From an uncultured delta proteobacterium (GTDB lineage: Bacteria > Myxococcota > UBA727 > VGSZ01): a stretch of DNA of 64,000 nt. Numbering within the stretch: position 1 is the first letter of the stretch; every line of letters starts with the position of its first letter. A model generated the notes under the pieces. That model was not told where the DNA came from. It did no database searches and was given only the letters and a program-made list of their open reading frames with translations. The DNA lies in NCBI GenBank assembly GCA_963775425.1, contig CAVZJB010000011.1, positions 32,001 to 96,000 on the forward strand, given 5' to 3'. Below are positions 30,501 to 39,054 of the stretch, in pieces. A program made the translations under genes and the position numbers.

Positions 30501-30821
30501 GCTCTCGAGCCCGATCGTGACCCGGCGGTCCTTCAGCGACTTCGCCATCTCGCCCAGATCGAGCCCCTCGAGGTACGGGGCCACCACGAACGGCAGGCCG
30601 TCGACGACGCCGTGGCCGAGGTGCCGGGCGAGGTTCGGGTGGCTCTTGCCGATGAGCTGCTCGCAGCGACGCAACAGCTCGTCGTGGAGGGCGGCGTCGA
30701 GGCGCGAGTACACCTTCAGGAAGTACGGCCCTCCCTGCGTCGCGTGCGTCGCCTTGTAGCGATCGGCGACCTCGGACCGGCCCAATTCCTCGAGGAGGGT
30801 GAAGTCCCCAAAACGCGTCAT
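27555..30821 (-). CDS. Multidomain signalling protein: Ser/Thr pseudokinase, Pro-rich linker, GspE_N/MshEN-like, receiver-like, DUF4388
   Basis: FGDFTLLEELG, YFLK, HPNLA, HGDVS with no DFG; RVLPL...VVALADPFD; receiver-like segment ending GADDFLTEP; GTLRQMALPEIVQSLEMGRKT. Confidence 0.8.
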   Translation of the reverse strand: MTRFGDFTLLEELGRSEVADRYKATHATQGGPYFLKVYSRLDAALHDELLRRCEQLIGKSHPNLARHLGHGVVDGLPFVVAPYLEGLDLGEMAKSLKDRRVTIGLESVLLVLADLATGVGALHGFAPANGVPGRNGAVARTLLGHGDVSIGHVRVGNDGQVWLTGLTTPRNDPPDRPPEARWDMAGVGALLYDLVPLLRGGGARPPLPPPLDRVVRRTLGIGPTEAQIGSPELVERLGEAGAVLKLKPDRAAFAELVRRTVRAVERRIAEEGPVRPRTPADSIPSLDPVDRIPTLEPLSGPAPVRAQNAGPGPVPMLELIPVGGPGGEHEATTRLVAQAPAPPPLAGRPPQRPATPPRGAPGGPPPLSQPPAMPPPLAPPRMPPPAALPTVSALEDLPDEAVAIVGRAEDVAPLLRPPVDEPLDLDAFGEPPALLPERATDAPTLAPAAAGDDDPFAPPPHTDSRTAPVSPRIEAPRTSPQSFADLPPDLEDEAVAPPPPPRKPPPRPAQKRLLLADPDEPGAASARPPPRPAAPARQAPPRPVSGAQPAAPGPASTAPVPSPGDLAAPPTAPKLAVPATNVAPDPARAAGATAAPPMSTATANAALEERTRDQTDPEQRSTRAAQARQDPAVRALVAQGVVAEQALKAAIDEHTLRGGRVVEILVAGGALTDATVADALAAASGRPRLSDDALRARMPPPALVRRLPQTYVLARRVLPLSLDAGHLVVALADPFDHPTLEELKNLLGADDVEALVCARAAVTAAAVEAYKSLGIGGVPHAAGGVTVLLCTADENKAARIGARLAQEGMGIEHVVDGGVAKEILQNRPPDVVICAHDLPGVNVAALLLSAREQLRTAEMPFFVYGPRGDEQLATRLLDLGADDFLTEPLKLEVLLSKVRRAARRARGEGGVNDPSMPSVQLPSIDEQTPVHAFELPPQPPLVKRTEPAFLENIAIPSLDDLPELPPDFAGEEQAPQTPPAMPTGVMGTLRQMALPEIVQSLEMGRKTARVDLVPADGDKGMIAFETGQIRYAECGALRGDDAFYQLARHKEGFFRIHYGDKPPDVNIEHQTTFLLLEAMRRMDEEDAG

Positions 30822-30978
30822 CCGCCCAGCCGTCTCCGTGCGCCTCGTTCGTCTCGTGATTACCACCGCAGACGCCTCCGCCGCGACCTTCGTCGCCGAT
30901 CGACCCGATCGAGCGCGGCCGCTCCCCCCGCTCGCTGATCTCCTTGCCCCTCGACCCCCGGCGGGTTACCGCACCCAG

Positions 30979-32328
30979 ATGCAGCGTCTCCCGCCCCCGC
31001 GCCTCGCGGGCGTCGCGGCCCTCCTCGTGGCCGCCGCGCCCCTCGCGGCCGGCGCCGGCGCGTGCCTCCCGGTCACCGCGGCCGTCCCCACCGACCACCC
31101 CGTCCTGCCCATGGGCATGGCGCTCAGCGCCGACGGCGACCACCTCCTCGTGGTGTCGTCGGACTTCGACCTCGCCTTCGGCCAGGGCGCGTTCCTGAGC
31201 GCGGACCTCTCGCTGGTGCGGCAGCAGAAGGCGGGCGAAGACAACACGCCCACGGTCGTCACGAGCGCCTACACCTCGGCCGTGCTCTTGCCGCCGCAGT
31301 CGGATCAGCCCGTGCTGTCCCCCCTGGGCGACCGCGTCTTCATCCCCGCCCGCGGCTTCTACGCGAGCGGCGCCGCCAACACCGTCGCCGTCGTCGACGT
31401 CGGCGCCGACGGCGCGCTCTCCTGCGGCAGCGACACGAGCCCGCAGACCTGCGGCGTGGCCCCGCGGGTGCTGCAGCTCACCCAGAGCGATCCCTTCACC
31501 GTCATCCTGCTCGCCGAGTCCCCCGACAAGGTGCGCGTGAGCGGGCTCGTGACGCTCGAGTCGTCCCCCGTCATCAGCTTCTTCTCCGACGACACCAGCC
31601 GCACCCCCGCCCGCCGCATGCAGCTCGATGGCACGCTCGATCTCGGCACCAGCATCGGCGGCGTGCGCGCGGCCGTGTTGCGGCCGCCGGTGGCGGGCAC
31701 CGATCAAGTCATCATCGCCGCGCTCGATCTGTCCACCGATGTCGGCCTCGCGGGCGCGCGCCTCGCCACGTTCCTGCCGCGCGCGGACACCAACGTGGCC
31801 AACCTCGACGTCACCGCCACCACCGGCTCCCTCTCCATGCGCGACCTCGTGCTCGTCCCCGGCGAGGACGGCGACAACGACGCCGTCGTCGCCGTGCTCA
31901 GGAACCCCGACGCCCTCGCGCGCTTCGAGATCGACGACGCGGGCTCGCTGCCCACCTTCCGCATGACCGCGCTCGTGCCCACCTGCCGCGCGCCGTTGTC
32001 GCTCGCGTACGCGTCGTCGGTGAACCGCGTGCTGCTCACCTGCGGCGGCGCGGTGCTCGGCGCCGAGGCCGCCATCCGCACCGACGACGCCGTCGAGGCG
32101 CTCGACCCGCTCACGCTCGACGCCGCCGACGTCGTCCGCTTCGGCGGCCGCGGCCCCTACGACGTCGTGGTCGACGACGCCGCCGGCGAGGCGTACGTCA
32201 GTTTCATGGAAGACGACTCCGTCGGGCAGTTCGCGCTCACCGACGGCGGCACCCCGCCGTCACCCGCGCTGGCGCTGGTGCGCCGCATCGGCGAGCCCAC
32301 CCCGAAGCCCGAGGACGGCCGCCAATGA
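30979..32328 (+). CDS. Lipoprotein, probable beta-propeller
   Basis: Lipobox AGAC; PMGMALS.DG..LLVVSSDFDL, GPYDVVVD. Confidence 0.7.
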   Translation: MQRLPPPRLAGVAALLVAAAPLAAGAGACLPVTAAVPTDHPVLPMGMALSADGDHLLVVSSDFDLAFGQGAFLSADLSLVRQQKAGEDNTPTVVTSAYTSAVLLPPQSDQPVLSPLGDRVFIPARGFYASGAANTVAVVDVGADGALSCGSDTSPQTCGVAPRVLQLTQSDPFTVILLAESPDKVRVSGLVTLESSPVISFFSDDTSRTPARRMQLDGTLDLGTSIGGVRAAVLRPPVAGTDQVIIAALDLSTDVGLAGARLATFLPRADTNVANLDVTATTGSLSMRDLVLVPGEDGDNDAVVAVLRNPDALARFEIDDAGSLPTFRMTALVPTCRAPLSLAYASSVNRVLLTCGGAVLGAEAAIRTDDAVEALDPLTLDAADVVRFGGRGPYDVVVDDAAGEAYVSFMEDDSVGQFALTDGGTPPSPALALVRRIGEPTPKPEDGRQ

Positions 32329-34194
32329 CCGCCCGCGCCGTCCCGCTCGCGCTCGTGGCGTTCTCGCTGCTCGGCGTCGCCGCCAACTGTCAGCAGTGCC
32401 AGCAGGCGGCGCAGGCGCGCACCGGCAACGTCGATCGGCCGGGGGACACCGTCGTCGTCACCGGCAGCGACGGCGACACCTTCATGGTGACGTCGGAGCC
32501 GGAGCTCCAGCACCTGCGTGTGCTCGACCTGACCACGGGCCGCTTCGTCGACGGCCCCAACAAGTACTTCCCCGCGTCCATCGCGGTGGGGCCGGCGACG
32601 CGGCGCCTGGCGGTGGCCCCCGGCGACGACACCCAGGTGTTCGCGCTCGACTCCGCCACCGATCAGAATCTTCGTCGTGCGCACGGTGACGGGCGACGGC
32701 GTCCCGTGGACGCCCGTGGGCGAGCCCATCCCCACCGGCCGCGCGCCGTCGGACATCGCCGTGCTCAACGACGGCGGCACCATCGAGATCTTCGTGACGC
32801 TGCCGCTCGAGGGGGCGCTGCAGGAGATCACGGTCGGCGACGGCAGCGTCACGGTGCCGCTCGGCGACGGCGCGGTGCCCACCGACGTCGCCGTCGACCC
32901 GCAGGGCGACTCCATCATCGTGGGCGACGCCGCGCTCGGCGTGGTGCACGTCATCCGCCACGACGACCTCAGCCACATCGACCGCGACCTCGACGTGGGC
33001 GGGCCCACCAGCCGCGTCACCACCGGCGTCGTCGACATCGGCGACGGCCTGGCGCCGGTGGCGCTCGCGCTGCGCACGGACAAGCCGGTGGCGGTGGCCA
33101 TCAAGCTGTTCCGCGACGGCTTCCGCGAGCCGCGCTACTCGGTGCTCGGCAGCGCGGGGCTGCCGTCGTTCCCGATGACCGCCTACGTCCCCGACGAGCG
33201 CACGTCGGTGACGGTGTGCTGCAACGAGCTCACGGTGGAGGCGGTGAACGCCGGCGAGGCGAGCGACGCGTGGGCGGCCGTCGGCATGGCCAGCGGCAAG
33301 GTGCTCTACCTTCGTCTGGTGCCGCCGGTGCGGCCCTTCGACAACGACCTCGAGCCGCTCGCGCTCGGGAACGCGCCGACGTGGACGCCCGCCGGTGACG
33401 ACGAGGCCCGCATCCCCTCGGCCACGCTCACGCCGGCCGACAACTTCGGCAGCCCGCCCTTCGTGCCGCTCCTGGACGCGGACGAGACGCTGACGCTCAT
33501 CTGGGAGGGCTCGCCGCCGGGGCTCTCGTCTTTGTCGGGGACGTTGTCGTTCCCGACGTTCACGGCCACGCGCGACCTCACCGACCTCGACGCGCACGTG
33601 GGCGACGTGGCGGCGCTCACCGTCGAGAGCCCGCCCGCGGGCTGCGACACCACGTTCCAGGGGACCGCGAGCGCCATCGACGGCGACGCCGTCACCATCG
33701 ACGGCCTCACGCCCGATCAGGCGACCTGCATCGCCGGTGGCGGGACGGTGCGGCTCGCCGTCGGCGCGCTCGACGCCTTCGTCGTCTTCGACCGCGACAA
33801 CGACTACCTCGGCCGGCTCGACTTCACGGGCGACGTCGCGTTGCCCGGGGCCACGCTGTCGTTGACGGCGTCGGACGCGGGGCCGCCGCAGCACCGGGGG
33901 AGCACCCTGTCGTTGCCGCTCGATCCGCACGTGTCGCTGCTCGACCTCGACCTCTCCGATCCCTCCACCACGGTCAGCCTCGGCGGCGGCGGCTTCGGTA
34001 CGGCGGGCCTGCAGCCCGTGGCCATCGCCGGCGGCCAGATGACCATCCCGTCGCCGAGCAACGTGGCCGGCGAGACCATCGTCGCTCGCCGCATGGTGAT
34101 CGCCACGGCGTCGCCGGACTCCCTCGGCCTCAACGCGGTCTATAGCTGCGACGAAGGCGAGACCATCCCGGCCTTTTGCGGCGCCTTCCAGTGA
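32325..34194 (+). pseudogene. Beta-propeller-like lipoprotein interrupted by a +1 frameshift at about 32667 (pseudogene or sequencing error)
   Basis: ATGA-coupled start at 32325 (MTARAVPLALVAFSLLGVAANC). Removing one A from gatcagAatcttcgtc joins it in frame to ORF 32677..34194 (DQIFVVRTVT). Confidence 0.75.
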
Positions 34195-34300
34195 AAGCCC
34201 TCGTCGCCACTCGCGGCGCTCTCGATGACGCGGATCCTACGCGTCAGCCTCTGCGCTGAAGCGCGGCGCGAGCTTCGCGGCGTGACGACGACGGCGCGCA

Positions 34301-35488
34301 TCAGCCCGCGCCGTCGCCGCGCCGCTCCCATGCCTGGAGCAGGGCGGCGGCGGCGCGGTCGACGTCAGCGTCGCTCGTGGTGCGGCCGAGGGTGAGCCGC
34401 ACCGGGCGCGCGCCGTCGTCGCCGCCGTCCTCGTGGCACGCCGAGCCGGTGGACGCGGGGACGCCGGGGCAGGCGGCGAGCAGCGCGGCACCGCTGACGC
34501 CGGGGAAGCGCAGGAGCAACGTGTTCGGCAAGGACGGGCCGTCGTGCGGCGCGCCTTCGCGGACGAGGCCGGGGACGGCGGCGGCGAGGGCGGCGAAGAG
34601 GCGATCGCGCAGGGCGCTCTGCCGGCGCATCTCGACGTCGAGCGTGCGCGCGGCGACGGCGCAGGCGGCGCCGAGGGCGGCGATGGAGCCGACGTTCTCG
34701 GTGCCGGGCCGGCGGCCGCCCTCGTGGCCGGCGCCGCGGACGAGCGGCTCGAGCGTCACGCCGGAGCGCACCACGAGCGCGCCGACGCCCTTGGGCGCGC
34801 CGAGCTTGTGTCCAGCGATGCTCAGGAGGTCGACGTCGAGCGCGCGCACGTCGACGGGGATCTTGCCCACGGACTGCGCGCCGTCGGCGTGCACCACCAC
34901 CACCGGCGCTCCCTCGACGCGCGGCGCCCCCTCGAGCCGGCGGGGCGGCTCGTCCGCCGCCGGCGCGGCGAACGCGGCGCGAGCGAGCCGGGCGACGCCG
35001 GCGACGGGCTGGATGGCGCCGGTCTCGTTGTGCGCGTGGATGAGGGTGACGAACACGCCGGCGTCGCCGGCGGCGAGGGCGGCGAGGGCGCGCTCGACGT
35101 CGTCGAGGCGGACGCGGCCGGCGGCGCCGCCGTCGACGCGGAGCACCCGGCGGCCGCTTTCTTCGAGCCAACGGACGACGGCGGCGGTGGCGGGGTGCTC
35201 CATGGTCGAGGTGAGGACCGGCAGCCCGCCCGAGGCGCCGCGCACGGCGAGGTTGTTCGCCTCGGTGCAACCCGACGTGAACACCACCTCCGCGGGCGCG
35301 GCGCCGACGAGCCCGGCGACCTGCGCGCGCGCCTCCTCGACGAAGCCGCGCGCCCTCTTGCCGTAGACGTGCGCGCTCGACGGGTTGGCGAAGCCCTCGC
35401 GCGTCGCCCGGGTGAGCGCCTCGAGCGCCTCGGGGACGAGCGGCGTGCTCGCGTTGTGGTCGAGGTAGACGGCGTCGTCGTCGGTCAT
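34301..35488 (-). CDS. Cysteine desulfurase (IscS/NifS family)
   Basis: YLDHNAST, FANPSSAH, FTSG.TEANNLA, AHNETG, DGAQSVGK, AGHKLGAPKGVG, STGSACH. Confidence 0.92.
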   Translation of the reverse strand: MTDDDAVYLDHNASTPLVPEALEALTRATREGFANPSSAHVYGKRARGFVEEARAQVAGLVGAAPAEVVFTSGCTEANNLAVRGASGGLPVLTSTMEHPATAAVVRWLEESGRRVLRVDGGAAGRVRLDDVERALAALAAGDAGVFVTLIHAHNETGAIQPVAGVARLARAAFAAPAADEPPRRLEGAPRVEGAPVVVVHADGAQSVGKIPVDVRALDVDLLSIAGHKLGAPKGVGALVVRSGVTLEPLVRGAGHEGGRRPGTENVGSIAALGAACAVAARTLDVEMRRQSALRDRLFAALAAAVPGLVREGAPHDGPSLPNTLLLRFPGVSGAALLAACPGVPASTGSACHEDGGDDGARPVRLTLGRTTSDADVDRAAAALLQAWERRGDGAG

Positions 35489-35618
35489 CGTGCGCCAAGG
35501 ATCCCAGACGGCGCCCGAGGGGGCCAGCCCTTTCCGCCTGGCCCGCGGCGCGGCCGTTCGCCCCGGCCGTCGACCCCGTCGCTGTGGAGCGCGCCGTCGA
35601 CGGAGGTAGATTCGTGCC

Positions 35619-36713
35619 ATGGGGCTTTGGCAGGACATCTTCGGCGAGAGCAAGCGCGAGGTCTGGCAGCGGCTCGCTGCCCAGCTCGGCGGCGCGTTCG
35701 TCGAGGGGCGCTGGGCCCACCCCGACGAGGTGCGCGCGCAGCTCGGCGGCTTCGACATCGTCCTCGACACGTACACGGTGTCGACGGGGAAGTCGTCGCA
35801 GACCTTCACGCGGATGCGCGCGCCGTTCGTCAACGCGCGCGGGCTCCGCTTTCACGTGCACCGCGCGTCCATCTTCTCCGGCATCGGCAAGGCGTTCGGC
35901 CAACAGGACATCGAGATAGGTGACGCCGCCTTCGACGCCGACTTCGTCATCCAGGGCAACGACGTCGACAAGGTGAAGAACGTCCTCGGCGACCCCACGC
36001 TGCGCGCGCTCCTCATGGCGCAGCCGCGCATGCGCGTGGAGATCAAGGACGACGAGGGCATGTTCGGCCGCGACTACGCCTCCGGCGTCGACGTGCTCCA
36101 CTTCATCGAGAGCGGCGTCATCCGCGACGACCGCCGGCTCGCGCAGCTCTTCTCGCTGTTCGCCGCGCTCCTGCAGGCGTTCGCCCGCGACAGCAGCTTC
36201 TTCCTCGAGGCGCCGCCCGCGGAGCTGCCGGCGGCCTTCCAACGCATGGTCGAGCACGTCGTCGAGGGTTGGGGTGGCGACGTCGAGCGCGTGGGCGACG
36301 TCGTGGAGGCGCGGCTCGACGACGCCCGCGGCGTGGTCGGCCCCGCCGCGCTGCGCGTGGCCATCCCCGCGCTCCCCGCGCTCACCACGCACATCGACCT
36401 GCGCGCGCCGTTGCCGGCGTCCAACGCGGTGTTCACGGTGGACAAGCGCGGGTTGCTCGACGTCGGCGATCTCAAGGTCGGTGACCTCGAGCTCGACGCG
36501 GCCGTGGTGATTCGGGGAAGGAGCGAAGCTGCGGGCGCCGTCGCCGCCGTCGCGCGCGCGCTCAAGACGCTCGCGCCCTACGCGCCGAAGCTCGATGCGC
36601 GCGCGGACGCGCTGCACCTCGAGCTCGCCCTGGCGGCCGCGGCGGCCCCGGCGGCCCTCGGCGCCACGCTCGACGCGTGGCAGGAGCTCGTCAGGGCGCG
36701 AACGACCTCGTAG
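35619..36713 (+). CDS. Hypothetical protein with two related alpha/beta domains (DUF3137-like)
   Basis: RBS ggagg; repeated D..IGD..FD..F.I.G and D..VGD..LD...VI.G motifs. Confidence 0.65.
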   Translation: MGLWQDIFGESKREVWQRLAAQLGGAFVEGRWAHPDEVRAQLGGFDIVLDTYTVSTGKSSQTFTRMRAPFVNARGLRFHVHRASIFSGIGKAFGQQDIEIGDAAFDADFVIQGNDVDKVKNVLGDPTLRALLMAQPRMRVEIKDDEGMFGRDYASGVDVLHFIESGVIRDDRRLAQLFSLFAALLQAFARDSSFFLEAPPAELPAAFQRMVEHVVEGWGGDVERVGDVVEARLDDARGVVGPAALRVAIPALPALTTHIDLRAPLPASNAVFTVDKRGLLDVGDLKVGDLELDAAVVIRGRSEAAGAVAAVARALKTLAPYAPKLDARADALHLELALAAAAAPAALGATLDAWQELVRARTTS

Positions 36714-36740
36714 GCGGGCACTCGCCCGCCTGCGCGGGCG

Positions 36741-37259
36741 TTACATCAGGCCCTTTTGCCTCTTGAGCGCGGCGACCACGCGCGGGTACTCGATCTCCCA
36801 CTCGGGGGTGCCCTCGCGCAGGTTCTTCAGGCGGTTGCGGGCTTCCTTGTCGAGCTCCTCGTCGACGCCGGTGTACTTCTCGAACACCGTCTTCATGAAG
36901 AGCCGCAGATCTTTGTCTTCGGCGTAGACCTCGGCGATGTTCTTGGAGGAGAACAGCGCCTCGAGCATCTGATCGAGCACGAACTCGATGCCGTCGTCAC
37001 CGAGCTTGAAGCCGCGGGCCTCGGCGAGCGACTTCTTCACCTGGGTGAAGCGCTCCTGGGAGAAGCCACGCCGGGCCATGGTCTCCTTGGTCTCGGCGAT
37101 GATGCGCTCTTCCTCGTTCATGTACTCGACCATCACAGCGGCCAGGTCCAGCTCGGCCTCGTCCATGCGGCCGTCCTCGACCTCGATCTCGTTCTTGCTG
37201 TGAAGCGTGCGCACGATCTCGCGCGCGATCTTCGGGATGATCTTTCGATAGAGCCGCAT
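36741..37259 (-). CDS. DUF507 family protein
   Basis: MRLY...IPKIA.EIV..L, EE.LDKEAR..LKNL.EG..EW.IEY; RBS aggag. Confidence 0.8.
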   Translation of the reverse strand: MRLYRKIIPKIAREIVRTLHSKNEIEVEDGRMDEAELDLAAVMVEYMNEEERIIAETKETMARRGFSQERFTQVKKSLAEARGFKLGDDGIEFVLDQMLEALFSSKNIAEVYAEDKDLRLFMKTVFEKYTGVDEELDKEARNRLKNLREGTPEWEIEYPRVVAALKRQKGLM

Positions 37260-37270
37260 AGTCCACTCCT

Positions 37271-37312
37271 AGAGACCTCCGAAACCGGAGGCCATCAAAC
37301 GATGGATTCTCT
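37271..37312 (-). promoter_or_regulatory. Candidate structured 5' leader (three-way junction) abutting the RBS of the DUF507 gene
   Basis: Minus strand AGAGA-AT-CCATC(GTTT)GATGG-CCTCCG(GTTT)CGGAGG-TCTCT immediately followed by AGGAG. Confidence 0.5.
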
Positions 37313-37382
37313 GGGGAGGCCCGACGCCTAAAGACACAGGGATCGTACTGATCGGCGCTCGCGCGTCAACGCAAAAAGTGGG

Positions 37383-37793
37383 TCATCCGGTCACGACGAC
37401 GCTGATCCGGCGTCGGTGTGGCGCGCTCCGATGCTCCCAGAGGTAGACCGCCTGCCACGTGCCGAGGTCGAGGCGCCCACCGGCGACGGGGATGCCGAGC
37501 GACGTCGACGTCAGCGCCGTGCGCACGTGAGCGCTCATGTCGTCGGGCCCCTCGTCGGTGTGGCGAAAGAGCGGGTCACCATCCACGACCAGCCGCGACA
37601 AGTACGCTTCGAGATCGAGGAGCACGGTGGGGTCCGCGTTCTCGTTGACGATCAACGAAGCGCTCGTGTGGTGGATGAAGACGGTGCAGAGCCCCTCGCG
37701 CACTCCGCTCCTGGCGACGACGCCGTCGACGTCGCTGGTGACGTCGACGAGCGAGCGCCCGTGGGTCTGTGTGAAGAAGCTCTCCCGCAGCAC
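37383..37793 (-). CDS. yjbQ: YjbQ/UPF0047 family protein
   Basis: HTSASL.VNENADP.V, H.DEGPDDMSAH, LGTWQ.VYL.EHR. Confidence 0.92.
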   Translation of the reverse strand: MLRESFFTQTHGRSLVDVTSDVDGVVARSGVREGLCTVFIHHTSASLIVNENADPTVLLDLEAYLSRLVVDGDPLFRHTDEGPDDMSAHVRTALTSTSLGIPVAGGRLDLGTWQAVYLWEHRSAPHRRRISVVVTG

Positions 37794-37838
37794 CCGGCAT
37801 GTCTGCCGGCTCCCCGCGCCACGGTCAATCCGCGCCGG

Positions 37839-38177
37839 TCACGGGGCGAGGCGCGCGTGGACGAAGACGAGCTCCAGCTCGTCGTGCGCGGCGAAGCCGT
37901 GCGCGGCGCCGGCGCGCACGTCGATGGCGTCGCCGACGGCGGCGCGGCGGGTGGTGCCGTCCACGGTGATGAGCCCGGAGCCGCGAACCACGACGATGAT
38001 GACGTCGTCGGGGGAGCGGTGCTCGTGAAGCGGCGCGTTCGGCGGGACGACCAGGCGCGCGACGCGGAGGTTCTGCCGGGAGAGCACGATCTCGCCGTGC
38101 TCGCGGGCGCCCGGCGCGTTCGGCACGCGCGGCGGCGCGAGCGGAACCGGGGCAGGAGATGACGATGCGCTGGCCAT
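37839..38177 (-). CDS. Cupin domain protein
   Basis: LHEHRSP, VVRGSG.ITVDG, GDAI.V.AG..H. Confidence 0.75.
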   Translation of the reverse strand: MASASSSPAPVPLAPPRVPNAPGAREHGEIVLSRQNLRVARLVVPPNAPLHEHRSPDDVIIVVVRGSGLITVDGTTRRAAVGDAIDVRAGAAHGFAAHDELELVFVHARLAP

Positions 38178-38217
38178 GGGGACTCCTGTCGTCGTCGTAA
38201 CGCGACGGGAGCGACGT

Positions 38218-38233
38218 TGCATCGCGCATGCCC
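38218..38233 (-). promoter_or_regulatory. Possible sigma54 promoter for the cupin gene
   Basis: Minus strand GGGCATGCGCGATGCA about 40 bp upstream of ATG. Confidence 0.4.
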
Positions 38234-38335
38234 CGTCGACGCCGCTGCGCGTCGCGCGCCGCTTGGTGGGGCGAGGCGCGACGCCTGGGCGAGCGCGCGC
38301 GGCGCCGGTTGCGCTTTGGCGCAGAGGACCGGCGT

Positions 38336-38872
38336 TCAGCTCGTGGTGGGCAAGCGCACGACGCGAATGCGCACGCGGATGACGCCGCGGTTGAGCATGT
38401 GGAGGTCGCGCGCGACGCGGCGCGAGACGTCGAGCAGACGACCGTCGACGTAGGGGCCGCGATCGTTGACACGACAGTGCGAACGCTTGCCGGTGGCGAC
38501 GTCCTCGATGACGAGCACGGTGCCGAAGGGCAGGGAGCGGTGCGCGCACGTGGCCTTCTCGGGGTTGTACTTCTCGCCGTTGGCCGTCATCCGGCCCGCG
38601 AGGGAGTCGTGGTAGTAGCTCGCGCGGCCCTCGGTCACGATGGGCGCCGTGAGCTCCTGCTGCGCGCGCGCGTCATCACCTGCGTCGTCGTCACCGTCGT
38701 CCTCGTCCTCCGCCTCGGCGCGCGCCACGGCGCCCGGCGACGGCGCGGCCGCTCTGTGATGCCGGTGGTGGTGGTGATGCCGGGGCAGAGCGCGCTCCGC
38801 GCTCTGAGCCGTGGCACAAGCGCCGGCGCCGACGAGGAGCGCGAGCACGAGGAGCAGCAAGAGCGAACGCAT
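38336..38872 (-). CDS. rlpA: RlpA-like septal ring lytic transglycosylase lipoprotein
   Basis: GRASYY, TANGE.Y, AHRSLPFGT, RVNDRGPY..GRLLDVS. Confidence 0.92.
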   Translation of the reverse strand: MRSLLLLLVLALLVGAGACATAQSAERALPRHHHHHRHHRAAAPSPGAVARAEAEDEDDGDDDAGDDARAQQELTAPIVTEGRASYYHDSLAGRMTANGEKYNPEKATCAHRSLPFGTVLVIEDVATGKRSHCRVNDRGPYVDGRLLDVSRRVARDLHMLNRGVIRVRIRVVRLPTTS

Positions 38873-39054
38873 GGCGCGCGTGGTAGCGCCGCGATCCCGA
38901 TCCGTCGACGGGGCGCGACGGAGATCTCACGCCGCGCCGCGTCGTTTGCATCCGCCGTTCGCCGGAGCCGAGCGGTGTCACCACCGACGCGGCGTTCGCT
39001 GTCGGCTGACGACGACGCCGCGCCGCACGCGTCGACGCCGGCGACGGATCGACG

